Origin: Rectinema sp.
Lineage (GTDB): Bacteria; Spirochaetota; Spirochaetia; Treponematales; Rectinemataceae
Assembly: GCA_039680115.1 (NCBI GenBank)
Contig: JBDKTP010000012.1
Span: 9,978-73,977, forward strand
Length of the DNA: 64,000 bases
Direction of reading: 5' to 3'
Part shown: piece after piece, positions 18,724 to 28,510 of the stretch
Layout: every line of letters begins with the position of its first letter
Position numbering within the stretch: the stretch's first letter is position 1
Notes under the pieces: generated by a model
Told to the model about the DNA's origin: nothing
The model's input: only the letters and a program-made list of their open reading frames with translations
The model's database searches: none
Made by a program: the position numbers and the translations under genes

Positions 18724-19413
18724 ATGCCGACCGCACTTGTATTGTCTGATGTACATGGAAGATGGGACAAAGCTCGAGACGTTATGGCAAGGAATCAGGG
18801 AGTCGAGTACATTCTTGTGGCTGGCGACATAACGAATTTTGGATCAGAACGCGACGCTGCAAAGGTTCTTGACGCATTGCAGATTGGGCCAACAAGGCCA
18901 ACAATCCTTGCAGTCCCTGGCAATTGCGATACCGTTGCCGTAAGGAAGTACTTAGTGGACAACGAAGTTTCGATAGAGCAAAGGGTGGTCGTACTGCCCA
19001 TCGGCAATGTTGCAGGCATCGGCGGAGGGCTAAAAAGAGCTGGTGTCACGCCTTACGAGCGTACCGAAATGGAGTTGCGCAGTGAGGCAGAGAGTGTGTT
19101 GAATCAGATTACCCGCTCAAGATCGAAACTTCCGACGATTATGGTTAGCCACACACCTCCGTACGGTTCAAATGCCGATTTACGACACGGTCAACACGTG
19201 GGCAGTTATGAACTTGCAAGGCTTATGGACAGTTTTTGCCCTCAGGTGTGGATTTGCGGCCATATTCACGAATCACCTTGCATCTCGATGGAGGACCAAA
19301 CCCTGATCGTCAACCCTGGGCCATGCGCTAACGGCAATTATGCAATATTGACTTTTCGGACTGGAGAAGATGGATTAGTCTCAATCCATGGAAAACTGGA
19401 GCATTTGGCTTAA
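18724..19413 (+). CDS. Metallophosphoesterase (calcineurin-like)
   Basis: LVLSDVHG, VAGDITNFG, PGNCD and CGHIHES motifs. ATG 18724 gives the canonical N-terminus. The ORF-track start at 18487 is an over-extension. Confidence 0.85.
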   Translation: MPTALVLSDVHGRWDKARDVMARNQGVEYILVAGDITNFGSERDAAKVLDALQIGPTRPTILAVPGNCDTVAVRKYLVDNEVSIEQRVVVLPIGNVAGIGGGLKRAGVTPYERTEMELRSEAESVLNQITRSRSKLPTIMVSHTPPYGSNADLRHGQHVGSYELARLMDSFCPQVWICGHIHESPCISMEDQTLIVNPGPCANGNYAILTFRTGEDGLVSIHGKLEHLA

Positions 19414-20504
19414 GCAAACCTGGCAAAACTTTCGACCATTTTTGCTTCCAAAGCATCAAACCGTAAACCAAAGTCCTTGTGGATTGCGGCGACAAAATAA
19501 TCTGGCAACGGTGCGACGACGCTCTTAGGGCATTGGCGTAGGTTGACAAGCGATAGATCCATTCTTATTGCATGAAGATAGTATGGCAGTGCGGCTCTTG
19601 TTGCACCGTACTTGATATCTCCGTGTAAGGGGTGGCCATGAAAAGCGGCTTGAGCTCGGATTTGGTGTGTCCTGCCTGTCTGGAGTTGGAAAAGAGAAAG
19701 TGTCTTTCCGGTGCCGTGGGCGAGCGGGATAGCCAAGGTTTTTGCAGTTGAAGTCCCACGGATTTTGTCATTGGCTATTTCGGAATTTGAAATGTCATCT
19801 TTATCCGAAGCATCTATCGCCGACTGGGAGAATACGTGTGTCTTTCTCTCTGTGGAATCCCGTAACATTTCTTCTTCCCAGGTTTCGGTGCCTTCCAGAA
19901 TTCCATCAACAATCGCAAGATACCATTTTACGATTTTGTGAGCCCTTAACGCCGCGGCAAATTCTCTTGCACCGGCATAACTGCTAGAAAAAGCAAGAAC
20001 GCCAGAGGTGTTTCTATCCAAACGATGAAGTGGCCCTGGTACAAATGATACGGAGGAATCAAGTTCTGGCTCCAAGTAGAGGCGGACCTGTGCTTCCAGG
20101 CTGTCGTCTCCATCATGCACCAAGACTCCCACGGGTTTGTTTAGGAAGAGAATATCAGGCGTTCTTATGATGATAAGTTCGGCAATAGGCTGTGCTTTGG
20201 CCGCGTTCTGCACACGTAGTCTTCCTGGGTGTGGCTGAAGGGTCGCTGGGAGTCCCAAACTTCTGATAGTAACAAGATCGCCCTTTTTGCACCGATAATC
20301 GGGACCCGCCTTCTTACCGTTTACAAGGACATTTTTCTTTCTCAGGGCTTTGAAGATAACCGATAATGGCAGATCGGACAAGACAATACGTAAGACTTTG
20401 TCCAGGCGTCTTCCATCGTCGTTCTCTCCTAGGCGAAACTCATAGGTGTCCACATCTTTGTACATATATCCTTGATATCCTTGCGATTTTACAACCATCA
20501 ACAT
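19410..20504 (-). CDS. RluA-family pseudouridine synthase with N-terminal S4 domain
   Basis: HRLDRNTSGVL catalytic motif, RLDKVL S4-like N-terminus and TGRTHQIR motif. The start is uncertain (20504, 20498 or 20465). Confidence 0.85.
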   Translation of the reverse strand: MLMVVKSQGYQGYMYKDVDTYEFRLGENDDGRRLDKVLRIVLSDLPLSVIFKALRKKNVLVNGKKAGPDYRCKKGDLVTIRSLGLPATLQPHPGRLRVQNAAKAQPIAELIIIRTPDILFLNKPVGVLVHDGDDSLEAQVRLYLEPELDSSVSFVPGPLHRLDRNTSGVLAFSSSYAGAREFAAALRAHKIVKWYLAIVDGILEGTETWEEEMLRDSTERKTHVFSQSAIDASDKDDISNSEIANDKIRGTSTAKTLAIPLAHGTGKTLSLFQLQTGRTHQIRAQAAFHGHPLHGDIKYGATRAALPYYLHAIRMDLSLVNLRQCPKSVVAPLPDYFVAAIHKDFGLRFDALEAKMVESFARFA

Positions 20505-20557
20505 TTTACAATAAGAGCTGGTTCTTCGTCATTGGCCTTGACAGCGAGCATCTACGG

Positions 20558-21049
20558 ATGGAAACTAAATGTGCAATGTCTATCCGTGATTTGGATTTTC
20601 TCGGGCTGTTCAAGAACTCGATTTTTTTGAGTGGCTTTGTAAGCCTTTGCCTTGCCCAGATCATAAAGACCACAATCGCCATGGTCCATTCCAGAAAAAT
20701 GGAGCCCAGGAAGGCGTTTTGGTATTTTATAGGAAAGACCGGAGGAATGCCATCTAGTCACAGTGCTACGGCGGTTGCAATCTGCGTTTCAATAGCACTT
20801 AAAGATGGTTTTACCGACCTTTTCATTTTGTCGCTTTTTGTCATGTTGATAACCATCCGCGATTCACTGGGAGTACGAAGAGCTGCAGGCGTGCAAGCAC
20901 AAGCACTAAACCATTTGGGTACCGAACTTGCAGAGCGTAAACTGGTCAGCTATGAGCCGGTTAAGGAAGTGAACGGGCACACCTTGCCGGAAGTGATTGT
21001 TGGGTCGCTGCTTGGGCTAGGGATTGCGTTTTTTTTCCGGCTGGTTTAA
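20558..21049 (+). CDS. Divergent PAP2 / DUF212 membrane protein (acid-phosphatase/vanadium-haloperoxidase-related)
   Basis: GGMPSSHSA...RDSLGVRRAAG...GHTLPEV motifs and about 4 TM segments. The start is ATG 20558 or 20576. The ORF-track start at 20366 overlaps the rluA-like gene. Confidence 0.8.
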   Translation: METKCAMSIRDLDFLGLFKNSIFLSGFVSLCLAQIIKTTIAMVHSRKMEPRKAFWYFIGKTGGMPSSHSATAVAICVSIALKDGFTDLFILSLFVMLITIRDSLGVRRAAGVQAQALNHLGTELAERKLVSYEPVKEVNGHTLPEVIVGSLLGLGIAFFFRLV

Positions 21050-21056
21050 AAGGCTG

Positions 21057-21084
21057 AGCGCGGCTTCATAAGCGCGGCTTCATA
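21057..21084. repeat. Perfect 14-bp tandem duplication upstream of the GH57-like gene
   Basis: AGCGCGGCTTCATA occurs twice, back to back. Confidence 0.95.
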
Positions 21085-21103
21085 GCGGTAAAGGTTCTGT
21101 TTG

Positions 21104-21132
21104 TGTGTAATTCGGTTTCTGTGTAATTCGGT
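21104..21132. repeat. 13-bp direct repeat (period 16) upstream of the GH57-like gene
   Basis: TGTGTAATTCGGT at 21104-21116 and 21120-21132. Confidence 0.95.
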
Positions 21133-21157
21133 AACAAAGAAGGCGGATAGGTCGGTC

Positions 21158-23275
21158 ATGCAGGGCATCAAAGTCATATTAGGTACGTACAACACCATGC
21201 CCGAAGGCGCGTCGAGCAGCCTTTTTGAATTGACATATCAGAGTTCCTGGCGTCCATTTCTTTCTAGCCTCTACAAGTTTTCCAATATTCGGGCTGTTCT
21301 CTTTTATTCAGGAACGGTCCTTCAATGGATTGAAGTCAACCATCCTGAGTTCATCCTGCTCTTGGAAGAAATGATATCGAGAAAGCAGATAGAACTACTT
21401 GGTGGAGGTTTTTTTAGCCCCCTCATGTCGGTGCTGGAGCCGATGGACAAGGTCGGGCAAATTGAGATGCTCACTACTTACTTGCGGAAGACTTTTGGTA
21501 AGCGTCCGTCCGGGGGTTGGCTTTACGAGTACGCGTGGGACGAGAGCGCTCCTCAGGTCTTCAGCAATGCAGGGCTTTCTTATTCTTTTTTACCTGCCAA
21601 GCCTCTGATCGAGGCCGGGCTCTTGGATCCTGCCACCTTGCCAGTGCTTATCACGGAAGACCAAAGAAAACTGCTCTATCTCTTTCCAGTATTGGATCTT
21701 GAAGAAGAATTTGAGGAGCCTGTACCCTTTGAAGCTGCCCTGGAAGAACTCACGACGCGATATACAGATGCCAGTCTCTACACGCTGATGGTGAGCGGGC
21801 AGTCTGTGCCTTGGATGTGGAATGTCTCCGGCATAGAATCACCAGATGTTCTTTTTGAGAAGACTTTTGCGTGGTTTCAAAAGAACTGCCTTCTTATTGA
21901 GACAATGACAGCGCACGACTATGCAAAGGCAACGCAAATATCGACTCCGCCAGTTTATTTGTCCTCTTGTGCTTCTCAGAGGTTCTGCCTTGATTATGCC
22001 AACAGAGGCGTCATTCGCAATGGAGGCACTGTACAGCCTGATCTTCCAGAAAACTCACAGGACGTCCAGAACATAAACATCAAACAGATGATTGTACAAA
22101 ACAGTTTTAGCAGAAAGCTCTACGACAAAATGTACTATGTAGATACGATGATTGCCTTGCTGCGAGGTGATAAAGCCAGAAAAAAGAGCGCACAAGAAGA
22201 TCTTTGGCGTTCTCAGAGCGGAGACTCGTCGTGGGAGGGCAGGCTGGGTGGGATTCGTCGACCAGAAGTGCGAATGAAAGCCTATCAGTCGCTTATCGAA
22301 GCGGAAAAGACTACACGTATCCATGGCGTATTCGTTCCTGGCCTCATTTTGGATGACATAGATTGCGATGGCAGGAAAGAAGTGCTTTACCATGCCGCGG
22401 ATTTTAATTGTTACATACACGAAAAAGGAGCTTCAGTTTTCGAACTTGATTCTTTTAAGACCCACCAGAATCTCTGCTCGGTGTACACGGTTGGTCAGGA
22501 ATTGGGGCCGTTTAATTCGTTTGTGGATAGAATCTGCCAGTCCGGCGACTTTGCAAAGACGAGTGTTGATCTTTCGTCGAGCATTTTTAGCCTTGAAAAA
22601 ATCGATAAATCAGTACAAAAGGTTAGCTTTGTTCGCGATATTCCAGGTCTTAAGCTTTCTATAAGGAAGAGTTATCTTTTTCAAAGACATTGTGTCAGTG
22701 TGGATTACGAACTCGTAAACCAAGGGGACAACACACTAACCTTTAGGCTGGTGACGGCCTTGAACCTTCAGTTGGGAGAGAATCTCAAAGGTACAAGATT
22801 TGCTTTTGCCCTAGGACGGGAAACCCGTGAATATCCCGATGCTACCCATGAATACTCAGGTCAGACAGGCTTGTCTGCACTTAACAGCGTTCATGTGGAA
22901 GATGACGGGACAAGAAATGTTCTCGAAATGAGATCCGACAGTGCGTTTGCTTTCCGGATGCGACACCGCTTTGATCCTTTTTCCACTGCCGACCTTCAAC
23001 GCCTGCTGGATAGCTCATTCGTGGCTGTTCCAGTAGTCTCGGCTGCCTTTAAAGTACCAGGAGAAGGACAGTCGGCCGAAGCTAAGGAAGACGTGTACTA
23101 CGGTCAGGACCTTGGCTCAAATAACCTTGGCCCAGATAATAGAGAACCCCTGGGTCTTGGGCTTAACAGTAGTCAAGTGTTCTATCAGGGAACAGAGATG
23201 CTTTTTGGTTGGGATCTTGAAATGCCGTCAGACGTAACCAGGAATGTTTCCCTGTCTTTACATTTTTCGAATTAG
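21158..23275 (+). CDS. Glycoside hydrolase family 57-like protein with long C-terminal extension
   Basis: Collinear with GH57 conserved regions: KQIELLGG (GQLEIV-like), WLYEYAW (WLxERxW, nucleophile Glu kept), ITEDQRK (HDDGEKF-like, Asp kept) and RSQSGDSSWEG (AQCNDAYWH-like). Region 1 reads YNTMP instead of HNHQP. Confidence 0.65.
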   Translation: MQGIKVILGTYNTMPEGASSSLFELTYQSSWRPFLSSLYKFSNIRAVLFYSGTVLQWIEVNHPEFILLLEEMISRKQIELLGGGFFSPLMSVLEPMDKVGQIEMLTTYLRKTFGKRPSGGWLYEYAWDESAPQVFSNAGLSYSFLPAKPLIEAGLLDPATLPVLITEDQRKLLYLFPVLDLEEEFEEPVPFEAALEELTTRYTDASLYTLMVSGQSVPWMWNVSGIESPDVLFEKTFAWFQKNCLLIETMTAHDYAKATQISTPPVYLSSCASQRFCLDYANRGVIRNGGTVQPDLPENSQDVQNINIKQMIVQNSFSRKLYDKMYYVDTMIALLRGDKARKKSAQEDLWRSQSGDSSWEGRLGGIRRPEVRMKAYQSLIEAEKTTRIHGVFVPGLILDDIDCDGRKEVLYHAADFNCYIHEKGASVFELDSFKTHQNLCSVYTVGQELGPFNSFVDRICQSGDFAKTSVDLSSSIFSLEKIDKSVQKVSFVRDIPGLKLSIRKSYLFQRHCVSVDYELVNQGDNTLTFRLVTALNLQLGENLKGTRFAFALGRETREYPDATHEYSGQTGLSALNSVHVEDDGTRNVLEMRSDSAFAFRMRHRFDPFSTADLQRLLDSSFVAVPVVSAAFKVPGEGQSAEAKEDVYYGQDLGSNNLGPDNREPLGLGLNSSQVFYQGTEMLFGWDLEMPSDVTRNVSLSLHFSN

Positions 23276-23337
23276 AAAACTTGCGATTTCCACATTAGAA
23301 ACCTTGCGAACGGGTAGGTTGAGCGTTCTGTGTGGGT

Positions 23338-23363
23338 GGCAACGTCTGTGCGGCAACGTCTGT
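23338..23363. repeat. 12-bp direct repeat (period 14) upstream of murC
   Basis: GGCAACGTCTGT at 23338-23349 and 23352-23363. The second copy forms the GGCAAC-gtct-GTTGCC hairpin. Confidence 0.9.
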
Positions 23364-23407
23364 TGCCGTCGCTTGCCCTTATGGCGGTTTTTCCCTACAA
23401 TTGTGGC

Positions 23408-24979
23408 ATGTCAAAAGATACCCTTCCGCCTTCCCTGAAGGCGGTCAGAGTCCATTTTGTCGGAGCCAAAGGAACGGGCATGGCGGCTCTGGCAGAAGTC
23501 TTTGCTTCTCAAGGCGCTATTCTTTCTGGAAGCGATGTCCCGGATCACTTTTACACCGACGAGATTCTTCGACAAATCGGCCTTGAGCCTTTTGAATCCT
23601 TTGATGCGTCACATATCTCTGCTGATGTCGAGCTTGTCATATATTCTGCGGCTTATGATCCTGCAACCAATCCAGAACTTGTGGAAGCGAGGCGCCGAGC
23701 CTTGCCAATGCTTAGCTATCCCGAGGCTCTTGGCGAGCTTTCCAGGCGTTTTGATGCTTCAGGTATCGCAGGAGTACATGGAAAAACAACCACCACTGCA
23801 ATGACTGGAAGCATTCTTGAGGCAATGAAAAGCCCTGTGACCGTGGTTGCTGGTTCGGCTGTCTCCTCTTTTGGGAATCGCTGTACCTACGTGGGTGGCG
23901 ATAAGTATTTGGTAGCGGAAACCTGCGAATACAAACGGCATTTTCTCAATTTCTCTCCACGTCGCATTCTGTTGACCAGTGTAGAAAGTGATCATCAGGA
24001 TTACTATCCGACCTATGAGTCCATCAGAGACGCATTCGTAGAGTATGGAGAATCTTTACCTCAAGGTGGAGAGCTTATTTTCTGTGCTGACGATCCTGGG
24101 GCAAGCGAGGTGGCGGCACAAGTAAGAGGAAAAAGAAAGGATATATCCTTTGTGCCCTATGGATTTAGCGCTTCTGGCCCTTACCGAATCAGCAAGTTTG
24201 AAACAAAAGAGGGCGAGAACCAGTTTTGCCTCGAGGCCAGTCATGAGAGCTTTAAGCTTCACGTGCCAGGGAAGCACCTTGTCTTGGACGCCGCTGGAGC
24301 CATCGCTCTGGCAACTAGCATCGTCATGGACGAACGCTCGGCAGGCCAAAAAGAAATAGCAAAAGGTCTCGAATCCTTGAGCCAGAACGATTGGGCTTTG
24401 ATAGTGCAGGCGCTGGATGGATTTCGAGGCAGCAAACGTCGAAGTGAGATAGTTGGCACGGCTAGAGGGGTTCTTGTGATGGACGACTATGCTCACCATC
24501 CGACGGCTCTTAGGGACACCATAGCCGGACTAAAATCTTTTTGGCCGGGTCGGCGTATCATAGTAGATTTTATGTCGCATACGTATAGTCGAACCAAGGC
24601 GCTGCTAGATGACTTCGCTGCAAGTTTTGGGCAGGCTGATGGTCTTATTCTCCACGGCATTTATGCTTCTGCACGCGAAAAACCATTAGAGGGTATTTCA
24701 GGGCGGTCGATTTTTGAAAAGGCGAGGACTATGAACCCGGAAAAAGTCGACATCCAAACCGCCCTGCAGCAGGGGAATCTCAGAGGCATCGGAGAGATCA
24801 GTCCAGACAAGTTACCAGATAAGTTCATACTGTACATAGAATCACTTGAAGGCGCCGCTGACCTTATTTTTCCTTTTATCCGTCCTGGCGATCTCTTTAT
24901 TACAATGGGGGCGGGTGACAATTGGAAAGTTGGTGCCGCGCTATTGGAGAAACTCACCAGGGAAGGCATATATGTTTAA
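23408..24979 (+). CDS. murC: UDP-N-acetylmuramate--L-alanine ligase (MurC-like Mur ligase)
   Basis: VHFVGAKGTGMAALAEV Rossmann N-terminus and GVHGKTTTTAM P-loop, collinear with E. coli MurC. Start at ATG 23408 (alternatives 23381 and 23330). Confidence 0.85.
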   Translation: MSKDTLPPSLKAVRVHFVGAKGTGMAALAEVFASQGAILSGSDVPDHFYTDEILRQIGLEPFESFDASHISADVELVIYSAAYDPATNPELVEARRRALPMLSYPEALGELSRRFDASGIAGVHGKTTTTAMTGSILEAMKSPVTVVAGSAVSSFGNRCTYVGGDKYLVAETCEYKRHFLNFSPRRILLTSVESDHQDYYPTYESIRDAFVEYGESLPQGGELIFCADDPGASEVAAQVRGKRKDISFVPYGFSASGPYRISKFETKEGENQFCLEASHESFKLHVPGKHLVLDAAGAIALATSIVMDERSAGQKEIAKGLESLSQNDWALIVQALDGFRGSKRRSEIVGTARGVLVMDDYAHHPTALRDTIAGLKSFWPGRRIIVDFMSHTYSRTKALLDDFAASFGQADGLILHGIYASAREKPLEGISGRSIFEKARTMNPEKVDIQTALQQGNLRGIGEISPDKLPDKFILYIESLEGAADLIFPFIRPGDLFITMGAGDNWKVGAALLEKLTREGIYV

Positions 24980-25838
24980 AAGCATGACTGGGTTTGCACA
25001 AAAAGAGTTTGATGTCGGTCCTGTTGCCGGTTCTGTTCAACTCAAATCATACAATAATAGGTACCTGGACTTAAGCATCAATCTTCCTCCCCAGTTGTCC
25101 ATAATAGAAGCACACGTGCGACAGTTCCTGTCCGAGCGGCTTATGCGTGGCAAGGTTGAGTTCTCAATTCGTGTGCGCAAATTTGACTTCCCGATAGAGG
25201 TGGTGCCCGATCTTGTAGCCGCCCAGACGGTATATACCGCGTTGAAGCAGATTTCTGCAGCTTGTGGCCTCTTAAGTGAACCTTCACTTGAGCTTGTGGC
25301 CTCGACGGAAGGAGTCTTACGCTCTCAAAAGCAAATGGAGGTTTCTCAGCTCTGGCCGATGATTTTTCCTGAGATCGAGAGGGTATTCGAGGAATATGAG
25401 CAGGTTCGTTCTCGTGAGGGGTTGGCAACCGAGCAGAACATTTTCTCTGAGCTTACACGCGTGGAGCAGGGCCTTAGGATAGTCAAGGAAAACGTGCCCA
25501 ACATCGAAAACTCGATTAAGCGTCAATTGCGGGAACGATTCAACGAAATGCTACAAGACGGGTATGACGAGCAGCGTTTTTTGCAGGAAGTTGCTGTCCA
25601 GCTTGTGCATTTTGGCATAAATGAAGAAGTTTCCAGACTCGGTGCTCACTTGGCGGCCTTTCGTACAATGGCCGAGCAGCCCAGCCCAGCCAAGAAGCTC
25701 GACTTTCTCTGCCAAGAGATGAATCGGGAAGTAAATACCATCGGTTCCAAGAATGTGCTTGTCGAAGTAGCACATAGTGTTGTAGAAATGAAGGATGCAC
25801 TTGAGAATATTCGCGAGCAGCTGCGCAACGTGGAGTGA
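24972..25838 (+). CDS. yicC: YicC-family stress-induced protein
   Basis: MFKSMTGFAQ N-terminus and C-terminal QEMNREVNTIGSK motif. ATG 24972 overlaps the murC stop by 8 nt. Confidence 0.9.
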   Translation: MFKSMTGFAQKEFDVGPVAGSVQLKSYNNRYLDLSINLPPQLSIIEAHVRQFLSERLMRGKVEFSIRVRKFDFPIEVVPDLVAAQTVYTALKQISAACGLLSEPSLELVASTEGVLRSQKQMEVSQLWPMIFPEIERVFEEYEQVRSREGLATEQNIFSELTRVEQGLRIVKENVPNIENSIKRQLRERFNEMLQDGYDEQRFLQEVAVQLVHFGINEEVSRLGAHLAAFRTMAEQPSPAKKLDFLCQEMNREVNTIGSKNVLVEVAHSVVEMKDALENIREQLRNVE

Positions 25839-25841
25839 CTA

Positions 25842-26372
25842 ATGGGTGCAACCATCATAGCGATTTCCGGGAAGTCTGGCTGCGGCAATACAACTGTGTC
25901 TAAGCTTGTAAGCGAAGCGCTAGGATGGCGTCTCGTGAATTACACTTTTAGGAGCCTTGCGCAAGAGAAGGGCATGGCTTTGGAGGAAGTGCTCGCTTTA
26001 GCTGAGAGCGATGTGTCCTGGGACCGCACAATCGATACCAAACAGGTGGAATTGGCAAGAAGCGGCGATTGTGTCATTGGCTCCCGGCTCGCCATTTGGC
26101 TTCTACCGGATGCTGCACTCAAGGTTTACCTTAAAGCAAGCCCAGCCACGCGTGTGGAACGTATCCACGAACGCGAAGGTGGCGACAAGGGTGCGATTGC
26201 GCAATTCACGCGTGAACGCGATGCTAAAGACCACAAGCGTTACCTTGAAACCTATGGTATTGATACCGACGACATTTCCCACGCTAACCTTGTTATCGAC
26301 ACCGAGCTTTGGGATGCGCCGGAAATCGCCCAGCTAATTGTCAGTGCATTTCGCTCCCGGAGAGTAGAATGA
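25842..26372 (+). CDS. Archaeal-type cytidylate kinase-like P-loop kinase
   Basis: IAISGKSGCGNTT P-loop, GSRLAIWLL, LKVYLKASPATRVERIHEREG, RYLETYGIDTDDISHANLVIDT. This is collinear with my recollection of archaeal Cmk (COG1102) rather than bacterial Cmk. Confidence 0.7.
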   Translation: MGATIIAISGKSGCGNTTVSKLVSEALGWRLVNYTFRSLAQEKGMALEEVLALAESDVSWDRTIDTKQVELARSGDCVIGSRLAIWLLPDAALKVYLKASPATRVERIHEREGGDKGAIAQFTRERDAKDHKRYLETYGIDTDDISHANLVIDTELWDAPEIAQLIVSAFRSRRVE

Positions 26373-27250
26373 CAAGAAAAACCGATACGCAAACCAGGAA
26401 GCAACAGATCGCCTTTGTTACGGGTGCAACAAGCGGCTTGGGTAAAGCTGTAGCCGAAAAACTTGCAACTCAAGGGTATTTGGTATACGGAGCTGCGCGC
26501 AGAATTCCTGGTTCGATCCAGGATGTAGTTTCTACTGGGCCTGCCCCAGTTCATTCAAACGAGGATACTAAGGGGCATATTCGGTACCTTTCGGTGGACG
26601 TTCAGGACGAAAGTTCCTTGCAGGTTGCCGTACATACCATCGTGGCAGAGTCTGGCGGGATAGATGTACTAGTTGCCTGTGCAGGCATGGGAATAGCAGG
26701 ACCGGTTGAAGAGACCGAAATGTCGGAAATCGAACACCAAATGGACGTCAATTTTCTTGGTACAGTTCGTACGATCAAGGCATGTTTGTCTACTATGCGC
26801 GTGCAGCGTTTTGGGAAGATTATTGTTATTGGTTCGATAGCTGGTCGTATTGGTATGCCCTTCCAGGCCTTTTATGCGGCGAGCAAATTTGCGTTGGAAG
26901 GATTTGTTGAGTCTTTGCGGCACGAAGTAAGGCGGTTCGGGATTGAAGTTTGTATTATTGAACCTGGCGATTTCAAGACGGGCTTTACTGGCGCACGGAA
27001 AAAAGTTAATCGTGCTGATTCAGTATACACTTCCGCTTTTGAACGTGTCATTGCAATTCAGGAACATGACGAGCAACACGGAAGCGATCCGAAGAAGGCC
27101 GCCTCTGTCATCGCGGGTCTTCTTGCAAGGCGGCATTTGCCTGCCCGTCGAAGTGTCGGCAAATTGTTTCAACGTGCGGCGGCATTCTTGAAACGGATAA
27201 TTCCATACGCTTGGTTTGAAACATTCTATCGGGTGTATTATAAAGTGTAG
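26369..27250 (+). CDS. Short-chain dehydrogenase/reductase
   Basis: VTGATSGLGKAV (TGxxxGxG) and YAASK (YxxxK). ATGA overlap with the previous gene. Confidence 0.9.
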   Translation: MTRKTDTQTRKQQIAFVTGATSGLGKAVAEKLATQGYLVYGAARRIPGSIQDVVSTGPAPVHSNEDTKGHIRYLSVDVQDESSLQVAVHTIVAESGGIDVLVACAGMGIAGPVEETEMSEIEHQMDVNFLGTVRTIKACLSTMRVQRFGKIIVIGSIAGRIGMPFQAFYAASKFALEGFVESLRHEVRRFGIEVCIIEPGDFKTGFTGARKKVNRADSVYTSAFERVIAIQEHDEQHGSDPKKAASVIAGLLARRHLPARRSVGKLFQRAAAFLKRIIPYAWFETFYRVYYKV

Positions 27251-27365
27251 AGAGCCTTACAACTTAAGCTTTAAGCTTGCGTGACAACATCTTACGAGGC
27301 GGCAGAAAAGAGCGCTCGTTGAATGACAATCGAAGCATGGAAATCTAAGAGAGAGGTTTGAAACT

Positions 27366-28436
27366 ATGTCATTGACAAAGAAGGTTTTTGGTACACTCTC
27401 TTCGGGAGAAGATGTTGCCATATATAGACTAAAGTCAGGACCTTTTCAGGCGTGTTTTTCCAATTATGGTGCTACATGGCTCTCTTTCTTGGTGCCTTCG
27501 ACATTGGGAGGGACAAGGCAGGACGACCTTTTGCTCGGATACTCGGATTTTGGAGGATACTTCCACAATACGCCCTATTTTGGTGCGACAGTCGGCAGGT
27601 ATGCAAATCGGATCGCTGGTGCTTCTTTTGTCTTGAACGGTTGCCATTACACACTTGCTGCCAATGACGGAAACAACCACCTGCACGGTGGAAGACGTGG
27701 ATTTGACAAACAGGTCTGGCAAGAAGAGTATCTGGGTGACGACGACGAACCAACCCTGGTATTAAGTCTTAACAGCCCAGATGGAGAGGAAGGCTATCCG
27801 GGGACTTTGGAAGTGCAGGCGAGTTTTTCGCTCAAAGATATGGGTACGGACGAAAAAACCGGCAAACATCTGGCTCGTCTTAGGATTGACTACACAAGTA
27901 TTTGTGACGCTCCGACGCCTTTGTGCCTTACAAACCATGCATATTTCAATCTAAGCGGAGAGGGTTCATGCGACGTGCTTTTGCATGAGCTTGAACTGGG
28001 CTGTGGGGAGTACCTACCTTGCACCAGGGATCTTATACCACTTCAATCGGGTCCGGAAACGGTTTACGGTACACCATTCGACTTCTCAAAATCGAAGCCT
28101 ATCGGAAAGGACATCGGAAAAGTCGAAGGTGGTTATGATCATTGTTTTGTTAAGGATGAGCACGTAGGCGACGAGGCCCCATTGGCGATCGTGCACGATC
28201 CTCGCTCGGGCAGGAGTCTTACGATTGCTACCTCATTGCCAGCCGTGCAGTTCTACACAGCCAACATGCTCAAAAACGAACCTGGCAAACGGGGGGCTGT
28301 CTACGGACCTCATGCTGGCTTTTGTCTGGAGCCTGAATTTTATCCGGATTCTCCAAATAGACCAGAGTTCCCTTCCTGCATTCTGCAGGCAGGGCAAACA
28401 AGAAAAGACAGCATAACGTACCTGTTTGGCATTTGA
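27366..28436 (+). CDS. galM: Aldose 1-epimerase (mutarotase)
   Basis: GRYANRIA, NHLHGG and TNHAYFNL motifs. Confidence 0.9.
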   Translation: MSLTKKVFGTLSSGEDVAIYRLKSGPFQACFSNYGATWLSFLVPSTLGGTRQDDLLLGYSDFGGYFHNTPYFGATVGRYANRIAGASFVLNGCHYTLAANDGNNHLHGGRRGFDKQVWQEEYLGDDDEPTLVLSLNSPDGEEGYPGTLEVQASFSLKDMGTDEKTGKHLARLRIDYTSICDAPTPLCLTNHAYFNLSGEGSCDVLLHELELGCGEYLPCTRDLIPLQSGPETVYGTPFDFSKSKPIGKDIGKVEGGYDHCFVKDEHVGDEAPLAIVHDPRSGRSLTIATSLPAVQFYTANMLKNEPGKRGAVYGPHAGFCLEPEFYPDSPNRPEFPSCILQAGQTRKDSITYLFGI

Positions 28437-28510
28437 TTTTGGTTTTTGATTGCACAAAAAAGAGAAGTGATCTTCGATGTATCGGAAAAACTTGAAAGGG
28501 AGAGAATACA

